Assembly (NCBI GenBank): GCA_005879505.1
Contig: VBKQ01000140.1
Location: 1-37,276, forward strand
Length of the DNA stretch: 37,276 nucleotides
Source: Deltaproteobacteria bacterium
GTDB lineage: Bacteria; Myxococcota; Myxococcia; Myxococcales; 40CM-4-68-19
Direction of reading: 5' to 3'
A program made the translations under genes and the position numbers. Under the pieces are notes generated by a model. That model did not search any database and was not told the DNA's origin. It saw only the letters and a program-made list of their open reading frames with translations. Positions 26,281 to 34,809 of this stretch are shown here, in pieces (the first letter of the stretch is position 1; each line of letters opens with the position of its first letter).

Positions 26281-26457
26281 GTAATGTGCGAGGTGTCCGA
26301 TGTCGATCCGCGGCGTCGTCACTACACGTCACGTATTCCGCCACGGCAGTCTCATCGTACGTGAGTTCGGCCCGCTCGCATTCCTGCGCTGCTGCCTCGC
26401 TATCGTGTTGCGCCGCAGTACGACGTTTCTCGCCTGTGTTACGCCGCTTGCTCCTCG

Positions 26458-27831
26458 GTGATGCGCTCACCATTTCTGGCAGTGTCTGCGCAGCGAATGA
26501 AGGTCGCCAGATGGCTCCTGCTCCTGACGCACATCATCGTGGTCTGCGGATTTTGGCTCTGGAACCACATCCGTTCTCCCGGTGGAAGCCTGCTCTCGAA
26601 GGGCGCTCCCGAAGTTCTTCTCGCCACCGGCCGGCTCGCAGCCGTCCTGGCGGTCAGCGGAATTCTCCTCCAGTTGATGTTGATCGGCCGGGTCAAGTGG
26701 TTGGAACGGACCTTTGGTCTCGACAAGCTGATTCGGGTGCATCACAAGAATGGCCTGCTCGTGCTTGGCGCGCTCAGCGCCCACCCGATCCTGGTCACCG
26801 CGGGGCACGCGATGAAGGAGAGGGCTTCCTTCTGGGTCCAGCTGAAGGACTTCTTGGCCAACTGGGATGCCGTGCCTCTCGCCGCTTCCGGCTGGCTCCT
26901 CCTCTTGATACTCGGCGCGGCTTCCCTCGCGCCGGTGCGCCGCCATATGCGGTACGAGCATTGGTACGCGCTCCACTTGACTGCGTACGCCGCGATCGCT
27001 CTCGCTTTCTTTCACCAGACGAGATTGGGAAGGGACTTCACCAGGAATCAGGTCCTCACCGCATACTGGTTTGGATTGCATGCGTTCGTAGCGGTCAATT
27101 TGATTTTCTTCCGCCTCCTCAGACCCACGTTGGTTTTCTGGCGGCATCGATTCACCATAGAACGGCTCGAACGGGAGACGGATGACGTTACCTCGGTCGT
27201 GATCCGCGGGCGGGCCCTCATGGACTTCCGCATTCAGGCGGGGCAGTTCATGTTCGTCCGCTTCTGGATGAAAGGATTCCGGTGGCAATCCCACCCATTC
27301 TCGATGTCCCGGCAGCCGGACGGCTCCGAGATCCGCCTCAGCATCAAGAGCATCGGCGACTTCACGGCGGCCATCCCGAGGCTGGCACCGGGAACCCCGG
27401 TGCTCATCGACGGTCCACACGGGGTTTTCACCGCGAGATACTGCCAGCGAGAAAAGGTCTTGATGGTGGCCGCGGGAATCGGCATCACGCCCATTCGCTC
27501 GCTGGCGGAGGAGCTCGCGGCGGATGGTAGGGATGTACTTGTCCTTTACGGCAATCGCAACGAGGCGGCGATCGTATTTCACAAGGAACTCGATGAGCTC
27601 GAAGCGACCTGCCCCAACTTGCGAGTGATCCACATCCTCAGCCACGACCCATCGTGGACGGGCGAAAAGGGCCATATCGACGCCGAAAAGATCTCGCGCT
27701 TTGCTTCAGATGCCGCCGAACGAGACGTCTTTCTGTGCGGCCCGCCCATCATGATGAAGGACGTGCTGAAAGCGCTGGCCGCGATGGGGGTACCCCGCTC
27801 GACAATCCACTGGGAACGCTTTTCGCTCTGA
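26458..27831 (+). CDS. NOX/FRE-type transmembrane flavocytochrome (ferric-reductase TM domain + FAD + NAD(P)H domains)
   Basis: Six predicted TM segments carry two His pairs: HHKNGLLVLGALSAH (spacing 14) and HLTAYAAIALAFFH (spacing 13). FAD motif HPFS, NAD(P)H motif GIGITP and CGPP are present. The start is uncertain (GTG 26458, ATG 26461 or ATG 26497). Confidence 0.9.
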   Translation: MMRSPFLAVSAQRMKVARWLLLLTHIIVVCGFWLWNHIRSPGGSLLSKGAPEVLLATGRLAAVLAVSGILLQLMLIGRVKWLERTFGLDKLIRVHHKNGLLVLGALSAHPILVTAGHAMKERASFWVQLKDFLANWDAVPLAASGWLLLLILGAASLAPVRRHMRYEHWYALHLTAYAAIALAFFHQTRLGRDFTRNQVLTAYWFGLHAFVAVNLIFFRLLRPTLVFWRHRFTIERLERETDDVTSVVIRGRALMDFRIQAGQFMFVRFWMKGFRWQSHPFSMSRQPDGSEIRLSIKSIGDFTAAIPRLAPGTPVLIDGPHGVFTARYCQREKVLMVAAGIGITPIRSLAEELAADGRDVLVLYGNRNEAAIVFHKELDELEATCPNLRVIHILSHDPSWTGEKGHIDAEKISRFASDAAERDVFLCGPPIMMKDVLKALAAMGVPRSTIHWERFSL

Positions 27832-27954
27832 CGCAACGGTGCCGAAGGTCGTGGGTCCGATCTCCACGCCAGCCTCTTCGCTTCCCTTAGCGACGAGCAA
27901 CGTCACGGGCTGCAGGCCTCGGCCAACGGCTTCGCGATCGGCGGCTAGCGCCAG

Positions 27955-27980
27955 GGAATAGGGTGGAGGTCAATCGGGTC
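27955..27980 (+). promoter_or_regulatory. candidate ECF-type promoter upstream of the receiver gene
   Basis: aGGGAATAGGGTGGAGGTCAATCGGGTCGTTG gives GGAAT-N18-GTC. If it is used, the receiver most likely starts at ATG 28165 behind a leader of about 180 nt. Confidence 0.4.
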
Positions 27981-27981
27981 G

Positions 27982-28521
27982 TTGCCAGCGATGGAGGAGT
28001 TCAAAATGATCGATGGCCCCGTGGCTCGGCTCAAGTTTCGATCGGACATTGCCGCCCGAATTCCGGCTGATGAACCCTATTGCGGAGCCTACTCAACGAC
28101 AGCCATCGATCGAGTACCTGCCGACCCCGCGCCGAACTGGGAGACAGGACGCGGCGCCGGCGCGATGCTTTGTGAAATCCTCGTGGTCGAGGACGACGAA
28201 GATCTTCGCGAGTCGCTTGCGCAAGCACTCAGCGCCAATGGGCATATCGTGCGCGCGACGGAGCACGGCGCGAAGGCGCTCGAGCTGCTGTCCCGCGGGT
28301 GCCGGCCAGGACTGATTCTCCTCGACATCATGATGCCAGTCATGGACGGTCTCAGATTCCTTGAGTTGAAGAATGCTGACCCGCTGCTCGCGTCTATACC
28401 GGTGGTCATGATGAGTGCCACCGAGCGGCGGCGACATTCCGGAGCCGCCGATCTGGTCGCCAAGCCCATGGACCTGGACGATTTGGAGCGCGTGATAAAG
28501 CAGCACTACGAATCGCCCTGA
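27982..28521 (+). CDS. single-domain response regulator (CheY-like receiver), no output domain
   Basis: The receiver core is EILVVEDDEDLRESL...LILLDIMMPVMDGLRFL...IPVVMMSA...AKPMDLDDL. The track ORF starts at TTG 27982. The receiver itself begins at MLCEILVVEDD (ATG 28165), which may be the true start. Confidence 0.8.
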   Translation: MPAMEEFKMIDGPVARLKFRSDIAARIPADEPYCGAYSTTAIDRVPADPAPNWETGRGAGAMLCEILVVEDDEDLRESLAQALSANGHIVRATEHGAKALELLSRGCRPGLILLDIMMPVMDGLRFLELKNADPLLASIPVVMMSATERRRHSGAADLVAKPMDLDDLERVIKQHYESP

Positions 28522-28532
28522 TCTCGGGCGAT

Positions 28533-29110
28533 CTAGTGCTCTGACCGGCGCGTGGTGAGTCCTTCGTACCGAAAGACACGCCGCGCGTCATCCACACGAA
28601 AGCGCCACTCGATAATCCGATGCTCCTCCTCCGCACGGCGGCGCCATGCCGCGACAAGAGAGATGAGATCGACGAGAGACGGGACGCGCCGCTGCCCGAG
28701 ACACTCGCGCGAGACGAGGCTCGCTTCGAGCTCGGCGGCATTGAGCCAGCTCGCGTGCTTGGGCGTGTAGTGCAACACGAAGCGGCGCCACAGCAGCCGC
28801 CCCTCAAGCTCTCCGAGCACGGTCTCGACCGAGCATCGGAAGTGGATGTTGAGATTGTCCATGACGAGGTGAGTCCGGCGCGCCGAGCGATAGCGCTGGG
28901 CGATCTTCCGCCCGCGCGAATGCGGGAGCCTTGCGGTTAGTTGTCGCGAAGGTCAAGCGCCGCCCGGTCAGCGGCTCCACGATGCAGAAGATGTTTGCGG
29001 TCCCGCACCGGACGTACTCGTAATCGGTGCGAGCCAGCTTGCCCGGCGCCATCGGCTCGCCGCGCCGCGCGTCTTCCCGGAGAGCGACGGGCCGCTCATC
29101 CAGGCACCCG
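28533..29110 (-). pseudogene. IS630-family DDE transposase remnant (5'-truncated, frameshifted)
   Basis: CLDERPVALRED...RTDYEYVRCGTANIFCIVEPLTGRRL is followed, in another frame, by LVMDNLNIHFR...LHYTPKHASWLNAAELEASLVSRECLGQRRV...IEWRFRVDDARRVF. The HTH N-terminal part is absent and the frame breaks near 28860-28900. Confidence 0.8.
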
Positions 29111-29563
29111 GACTGGTACGAGTCCGGAACCTCGGACGCGAGGGTCGCTTCGCACCGACGCTCGAGGATCGTGAACAACTCCGTGATCGTCGCCTGGTCG
29201 TCGACGCGCTTCGCCTCGCTGATCAGATAGACGAGGACTTCCTTAGGGAGGAACCCTGCCGCCGTCCGCTCGCGCAGCTCAGCGCGAGCGATCCGGGTCG
29301 CCGCGTCGAGCGCGATCGTCTCGTCGATCGCAGCCTCGATCTCAGGCGGGCGAGTGTACGCGCTGCCGTCCGGTCTGTATTTTCGAAGAGGGCGACGCAG
29401 GGAAACCTCCTGTGTCTGCACCTCTCTATCGCCACGGCGTGTCCAACCCGGAAACAGAAAGCCAGTGGTGAACGACCGGCCCAAATCAGTGATGATTTCG
29501 CCGCTCCGTCGGATATGATCGCGGTCGTCCGCGCCATCGAAAAGCGCACGGCGGCGCAGTAGC

Positions 29564-30469
29564 TCACTTCGCCAGGAACTCGAGGACCAGCGTGGTGGTC
29601 GCGCCCGGGTTCTCCTCCATGATCCAGTGGCCGGAGGCGGGGACGATGGCGCCCGTGACGTTGCTCCCGACGAATCGGATCTCGTCGGCCTGACCCGGAC
29701 CGAACGACTTCTCCGCGCCGACCGCGAGAATGGGCATGCTCAGCTTGCCTGCGGCGAGTAGCGCCTTGTTGTCGATCGCGTCCTGCCCGAACGCGCCGAA
29801 CTGCTCGAACGCGTCGTGCATCGCGCGCGGCCGTGCGTACAGCGCGGCGTAGTGCTGGCGGGTCGCTTCGTCGATGGCCTTCGGATTCGCCGACAGCTCG
29901 TTCCAGAAGCGGTCGAGATAGATGCGCTCGCGTCCGGCGACGAGCCGCTCCACATCCGGGCCACGGAAGTTGAAGTGCCAGAGCAAGGGGCTGCGGGTGA
30001 TGCTGTCCCAGTTGCCGATGCCCGGGAGCGGGGCGTCGATCACCACCCATCGGGTGACGCGGTCCGGGTACTGCGCAGCGAACGCGTATCCGACCATGTT
30101 GCCGATGTCGTGCGTGACGAGGTCGGCCTTTTCCACCTTGAGGTGATCGAGAACGGCCGCGACGTCGAGGGCCTCGTTCTTCTTCGTGTAGCCCGTGTCC
30201 GGATGGGCGGAGAGCCCCATCCCCCGCAGGTCGGGCACAATCACCGTGTGATCCTGCACCAGCTTCGCCGCGATCGGTGCCCACATGTCGCCGCTATCGC
30301 CGAAGCCGTGCAGCATCACGACCGCGGGACCCTTCCCGCCGGAGCGGACGTAGATCTTCGTTCCGTTCGCGTCGACCATCTGCGTGCGGAAGGCCGGAGG
30401 GAACGGCTGAACCGCCGCCGCCGCGCCGGTCGCGGCCAGAAGAGCTGCTGCTGTCAGGGCGAACCTCAT
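29564..30469 (-). CDS. secreted alpha/beta hydrolase (epoxide hydrolase / haloalkane dehalogenase-like fold)
   Basis: Start MRFALTAAALLAATGAAAA is a signal peptide. VVMLHGFGDSGDMW is present, with the nucleophile elbow HDIGNMVG and C-terminal SGHWIMEENP. The track ORF N-terminus is an over-extension. Confidence 0.88.
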   Translation of the reverse strand: MRFALTAAALLAATGAAAAVQPFPPAFRTQMVDANGTKIYVRSGGKGPAVVMLHGFGDSGDMWAPIAAKLVQDHTVIVPDLRGMGLSAHPDTGYTKKNEALDVAAVLDHLKVEKADLVTHDIGNMVGYAFAAQYPDRVTRWVVIDAPLPGIGNWDSITRSPLLWHFNFRGPDVERLVAGRERIYLDRFWNELSANPKAIDEATRQHYAALYARPRAMHDAFEQFGAFGQDAIDNKALLAAGKLSMPILAVGAEKSFGPGQADEIRFVGSNVTGAIVPASGHWIMEENPGATTTLVLEFLAK

Positions 30470-30723
30470 GTCGAACAACCCTCGGTCTTTCCGCGCTCCG
30501 GGTGATCGGACGCGCCGCGCACCATGCCACAGTCGGGGGCAGGACGAACCGCTGACTCGCGGACAAAGAGGAAAACATGCCCCCACCTTCGTGACACCTG
30601 TCGCGAATTCCTGGCCCTGCGGTCCCGGGTAACGCGGCTCTCCTTGCCCGGCGAGAAGCCGTGTGCGTAGCAGCCGCGAGACGGGGCGCATCGTCTAGGC
30701 GATGACCGCAGGAGGAGAAACAC

Positions 30724-30880
30724 ATGAGGCCGCTGCCTGGTCTGCTGCCATCTTCGCTCGGCGTTTTGACGTGCATCCTGCTCGGGTCGCCGGCCGCCCC
30801 GACTGCAACCTGCACGAGCCTGACCCGCCAGCAGCTTCCCGATACGACGATCGGCGATGCGGGGCATCCGAGCGCGGCGC
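30724..30880 (+). pseudogene. possible N-terminal fragment of a tannase/feruloyl-esterase-family protein
   Basis: A signal-peptide-like start is followed by CTSLTRQQLPDTTIGDAG, which resembles the conserved N-terminal Cys...LP.TTI.SA segment of that family. The frame decays afterwards. This is a weak, memory-based call. Confidence 0.2.
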
Positions 30881-30999
30881 GGTCTCTCAAGAAGTTGCAC
30901 GCGCGCGGGCTGGAGATGCGCAGAGTTGGAGCTGCTGGACGCGCCGTCCAGCTTCACGGAGCCAAAGTTGCGGCCTAGAACTGAGCGGCCAAACCGTCA

Positions 31000-31515
31000 T
31001 TGAACCGTTCATTTCGCGCGCATCTCAAGCGGCGCGCGGGTCTTGGTGGCGACAGGGCGGCCATCATCGGGCACCCGTGCCCGACACGTACTCGCTATTG
31101 CCCGCGGCTGGAAACGAAGGGCTGCGCCGATCCTTACACGAACAGGCCCAGCACTCGCGAGCCGACTGCGCTAGCAACTCTCTCGAGCGAGAAGCGATGC
31201 CAACCGAACGTGGCGGCGCGCCTCGCATTACGGGCAACCTCCCGCCGCAGCGATCTGGCTGTATGCGACAAAGCCAAGCGGGTCTCTCTGCAGACGTTCC
31301 GTCACACAACGGCGATGCATCTGTTGCAGGCCCGCGTCGACCTTTCCGTGATCGCGTTGTGGCTCGGGCACGAGAGCCCCGCGACCACTCACCAGTATCT
31401 CGCCGCGGACCTCGCGATGAAGGAGCGGGCACTGGCCGCAGTCGAAGCCCCGCGCATGACCGCTACTCGTTTCAAACCCGGCGATCGACTGCTCACATTT
31501 CTCGATCGGTTGTGA
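31000..31515 (+). pseudogene. tyrosine recombinase/integrase remnant (C-terminal catalytic region only)
   Basis: KRVSLQTFRHTTAMHLLQARVDLSVIALWLGHESPATTHQYLAADLAMKERAL carries the HxxR and LGH...Y catalytic motifs. The upstream part is degenerate, and the N-terminal core-binding domain and a credible start are missing. Confidence 0.75.
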
Positions 31516-31548
31516 CGCGGAAAGCGGGCGATAGGGCTCACAATGCGG

Positions 31549-31598
31549 GTTTCTGTCCACTCGCCGCACCTCACGACCCCTCCTTCCGCGGCGAAGCA
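31549..31598 (+). repeat. about 50-bp dispersed repeat, copy 2 (34 nt downstream of the integrase remnant)
   Basis: See copy 1 at 7868-7916. Both copies end at GAAGCATGC, after which the flanks diverge. Confidence 0.7.
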
Positions 31599-31615
31599 TG
31601 CTAAAGCCGGCAGAG

Positions 31616-33331
31616 CTACTTCAGGACCTGCGGATACCAGGTGACGGGGCAGAGGTTCGTCGTTCGGTCGCGGCCATTCGGAGGTACGACGAGGATCGAG
31701 CCGTCCCGGCCAACGGCGACGTAGCCGCTCTGCGTGGTCAGCGTCCCGCAGTTCTTGCCGTCGGGCGCGATGACGTCGATGGAACCGGACCCGTACCTGT
31801 ACGGCTCCATCGCGTACGCCTTACCGCCGCGCACGACGATCGCGAGCTTGCCCGACTCGAAACCCTTGGGAGCCGGGCCCGGCGTGGCCGCGCCGCTGGC
31901 GACGGTCGACACCCAGACGTCGCCGTTCCGCAGCGCAACGCCGCCGCCGATGAGCGGGAAGACCGGGTACACCGGGTAGCTCGAATCGACGACGCCCACG
32001 TCGAACCACGGCGTGAGCGCCTTCCCCGAGGAATCGAACCACCGCGCGGTGGAGTTTCCGGCGGGCACGGTGCTGGAGCCGCGGCCGCCCGCGCCGTAGC
32101 TGAGGAGGAACAGGCGATTCTGCGCGTCGACGATTGCCGCGAGCTGCGGAGAGGTCCAGTCGTTGCAAGGCTGACCGGGGAGGGCTACGTCTGCCGCCAC
32201 GTGGCCGGAGTCGTCGATGTAGCGCGCCGACGCCGTGCTGCTGACGTTGCAGGTGGCGTTGACGACGACGACGCCGCCGTTGGCCTGCATGCCGGGCACC
32301 GCCGCCGGTCCGTACATCGTGCTCGACACGACCGCGCCATCAGGCGCGTAGGCGTAGAACGTGCCCGTAGCGGACATCTGGTGAGAGTAGGCGGTGTAGC
32401 CGACCTGCAGCGGTACGAAGAAGTTCTGGCTCTGGATATACGGACTCTGCATGTAGAGGTTGGAGGATCCGTCGCTGATCGCGTACCCGCAGGTATCCGG
32501 GACCACGTCGTACGCGCTCAGCATCGCGGTCTTCGCCGCGGGCATCGAGGGCATCAGGCCGGCGCACGAGTCGGGCGGGGTGGCAGCGCCGAAGGTCGCG
32601 ATGACGGAGGCGTCCGCCGAGAGCGTCAGGTTGCAGGCGCCGGTGCCCGAGCACGCGCCTCCCCAGCCGGTGAGCGTCAGGTTCGCGCCGGGAGTGGCGG
32701 TGAGCGCGACGGTGGTGCCATCCGCGAACTCCGCGCTGCAGGCGCCGAGGCAGCTGATGCCCACGGGCTGGGAGGTGACCGTGCCGCCACCCGTGACCGA
32801 CACGCTGAGCGTGTGCAGGACCGGCGTCACGACGGTGTAGCTGAAGTTCGCATAGACGGTCGTGTTGGCCGAAAAGCTGGAAGCGCAGTGGAGGCCTGAG
32901 CAGCCGCCGCCGAAGCCATCGAAGCTCGAGCCCGGGTTGGCGGCGCTGTTGAGCGTGACCGGGGTGCCGCTCGCGATCTCCATCGCGCAGGTGCCCGGGC
33001 AGTCGATGCCCGTGGGCGACGAGACGATGCGGCCGCTTCCGCTGCCGACGACCTGCACCGCGAGCGTCACCATGCTGGGCGGCGCGGGCGCGAAGGTCGC
33101 GGTGACCGCCGCGTCCTGAGTGAGCGTCAAGTCGCACCCGCCGGTGCCCGTACACGCGCCGCTCCAACCGGAGAAGACCATGCCGCTCGCAGGTGTGGCG
33201 TCGAGGTGCACGGTGTCGCCGCCATCGGGAGATCCACCGCCCGAGCCGCTGCCGTTGCCCAGCGGCCGACTGGAGCCCCCACCGCACCCCACGGCCACCA
33301 GCACAGCTCCGACGAGCCCGAGCTTGCGCAT
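31616..33331 (-). CDS. lipoprotein with about 3 divergent InlB B-repeat-type domains and a ~330-aa C-terminal domain of unknown function
   Basis: Start MRKLGLVGAVLVAVGCGG carries a lipobox. Repeats have the F.GWSGACTGTGGCDLTL...ATF signature (SGWSGACTGTGGCDLTLTQDAAVTATF; TGWGGACSGTGACNLTLSADASVIATF). The track ORF N-terminus is an over-extension into the IS. Confidence 0.8.
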   Translation of the reverse strand: MRKLGLVGAVLVAVGCGGGSSRPLGNGSGSGGGSPDGGDTVHLDATPASGMVFSGWSGACTGTGGCDLTLTQDAAVTATFAPAPPSMVTLAVQVVGSGSGRIVSSPTGIDCPGTCAMEIASGTPVTLNSAANPGSSFDGFGGGCSGLHCASSFSANTTVYANFSYTVVTPVLHTLSVSVTGGGTVTSQPVGISCLGACSAEFADGTTVALTATPGANLTLTGWGGACSGTGACNLTLSADASVIATFGAATPPDSCAGLMPSMPAAKTAMLSAYDVVPDTCGYAISDGSSNLYMQSPYIQSQNFFVPLQVGYTAYSHQMSATGTFYAYAPDGAVVSSTMYGPAAVPGMQANGGVVVVNATCNVSSTASARYIDDSGHVAADVALPGQPCNDWTSPQLAAIVDAQNRLFLLSYGAGGRGSSTVPAGNSTARWFDSSGKALTPWFDVGVVDSSYPVYPVFPLIGGGVALRNGDVWVSTVASGAATPGPAPKGFESGKLAIVVRGGKAYAMEPYRYGSGSIDVIAPDGKNCGTLTTQSGYVAVGRDGSILVVPPNGRDRTTNLCPVTWYPQVLK

Positions 33332-33400
33332 GCGGTCGCGCACCCCCGGCGCGAAAGATGGGTCGTGCAGAGCGGTCCGGCAACCCGATGCCTGCGCACT

Positions 33401-34688
33401 TGTCGTTGGCCAAAACTCGATCGCGGCGCTTGAGTCCACGGCGATCGTGCCTGTGATCGAGCCTGCCCATGACCGTCGTGTTGTGGGTGCAGGGAGCTGA
33501 CCGTGAGCGGACGTTGATAGCACTGCCGGCGGCAAAACCGTCGCGAGTGGATATTGCGCTTCGATTTTGCCGCCGGAGGGAAGAGGGATCGACCGGGTCT
33601 ACGCCGCTCGTCGGACGTAGCGGTGGTGGAGGCCGCCGACGTGGGGCAGGGCAACCACGCGGCCGAGCTCGGGTGGCTCGACGGCGCGCGGCTGGGGTGC
33701 ATCCTTCTCGAGCGCGAGATGCGTTCGCGAGCCGTGGTAGTAGCGAAGGTAGCTGCGCAAACGGCGACGGAGATGTCCCTCGCTCAGGACGATCACGTGG
33801 TCGAGAAGCTCACGGCGGAGGGTGCCGATGACTCGTTCGGCGAAGGGGTTCTGCCAGGGGGAGCGTGGTGACGAGAGAACCTCGGCGATGCACATGCCCT
33901 TCACCCGTCGCCGAAACTCGCCACCGTAGATGCTGTCTCGATCGCGGAGGAGATAGCGTGGCGCCGAATCGTCGGGAAAGGCTTCGACAATTTGCTGCGC
34001 CGTCCAAGCGGCAGTGGGCGAGTCCGTGACGTTGAAGTGCACGACTCGCCGGCGATGGTGCAGCAGGACCACGAACACGTAGAGGATTCGGAAGGTCGCA
34101 GTCGGCACGACGAAGAAGTCGACTGAGACAAGGTCGGCGACGTGGTTTTGGAGGAACGTCCTCCATGTCTGCGATGGTGGTTGCGGGCGACGCGGCATAA
34201 GCCGCGCCACGGTGCGCTGCCAGACGTCGAACCCGAGCTTCAGCAATTCTCCGTGGATGCGTGGCGCACCCCAGAGCGGGTTCGCCAGCGCCATGGTACG
34301 CACGAGATCCGCAAGCTCCGCGCCGACCCGTGGTCTGCCCACTCGCCCGCGGCGGGACTTCCAAGTCCAGAAAGCGCGAAAGCTCTGCCGGTGCCAGCGA
34401 ATTACCGTCTGCGGTTTTACGACATGGAGCACTTCGCTCCACCGTGTCCACCACTGCGAGAGCCACATCCAGAAGGCGCGATCGAGTAGCCCGAATTTCG
34501 GTCGCTTCGATCGGCGGCGGAGCAGGGCGAGCTGCTGCTGGAGCGCCAGGTTCTCGAGTGTGAGGTCGGTGCGGGTTCTGAGCGCCGCGCGAAGAGCACC
34601 CAACAGAGCGAGTACGAGGGACATTGCGCTCCCTGGCTCTCATGACGGTCGCCCATCGTCCAGCCGGGACCGAGTTTTGGCAAGGGAC
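33401..34688 (-). mobile_element. IS481-like insertion sequence, complete copy (1288 bp)
   Basis: Terminal inverted repeats are TGTCGTTGGCCAAAACTCGATCGCGG (33401-) and TGTCCCTTGCCAAAACTCGGTCCCGG (reverse complement of -34688), matching at 21 of 26 positions with TGT...ACA ends. It has a single rve-type transposase ORF. No flanking target duplication is obvious. Confidence 0.85.
33599..34624 (-). CDS. DDE transposase / integrase-core (rve) protein, IS481-like
   Basis: 341-aa ORF. It has an N-terminal HTH-like region and an rve core (VSVDFFVVPT...VVHFNVTDSPTAAWTAQQ...LLRDRDSIYG...SPWQNPFAERVIGTLRRE). Confidence 0.9.
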   Translation of the reverse strand: MSLVLALLGALRAALRTRTDLTLENLALQQQLALLRRRSKRPKFGLLDRAFWMWLSQWWTRWSEVLHVVKPQTVIRWHRQSFRAFWTWKSRRGRVGRPRVGAELADLVRTMALANPLWGAPRIHGELLKLGFDVWQRTVARLMPRRPQPPSQTWRTFLQNHVADLVSVDFFVVPTATFRILYVFVVLLHHRRRVVHFNVTDSPTAAWTAQQIVEAFPDDSAPRYLLRDRDSIYGGEFRRRVKGMCIAEVLSSPRSPWQNPFAERVIGTLRRELLDHVIVLSEGHLRRRLRSYLRYYHGSRTHLALEKDAPQPRAVEPPELGRVVALPHVGGLHHRYVRRAA

Positions 34689-34809
34689 AAGAAGGCGCGG
34701 TACCTGGCGCACGCTGAGCAACGTACGCGGCGACCCGGTTAGGGCGCACGCTCGCCGCGACAACATGCGTTCGGGATCGGCCTGCGCTTCACACGAGGGG
34801 TGCGAGCCG

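Noticed and set aside
26467-27675. 402-aa minus-strand ORF
   Set aside because: It is antisense to the NOX-like gene, which carries all the expected cofactor motifs.
31598-33470. 433-aa plus and 376-aa minus ORFs over the B-repeat lipoprotein gene
   Set aside because: They are shadow ORFs. The lipobox and repeat signatures identify the real frame.
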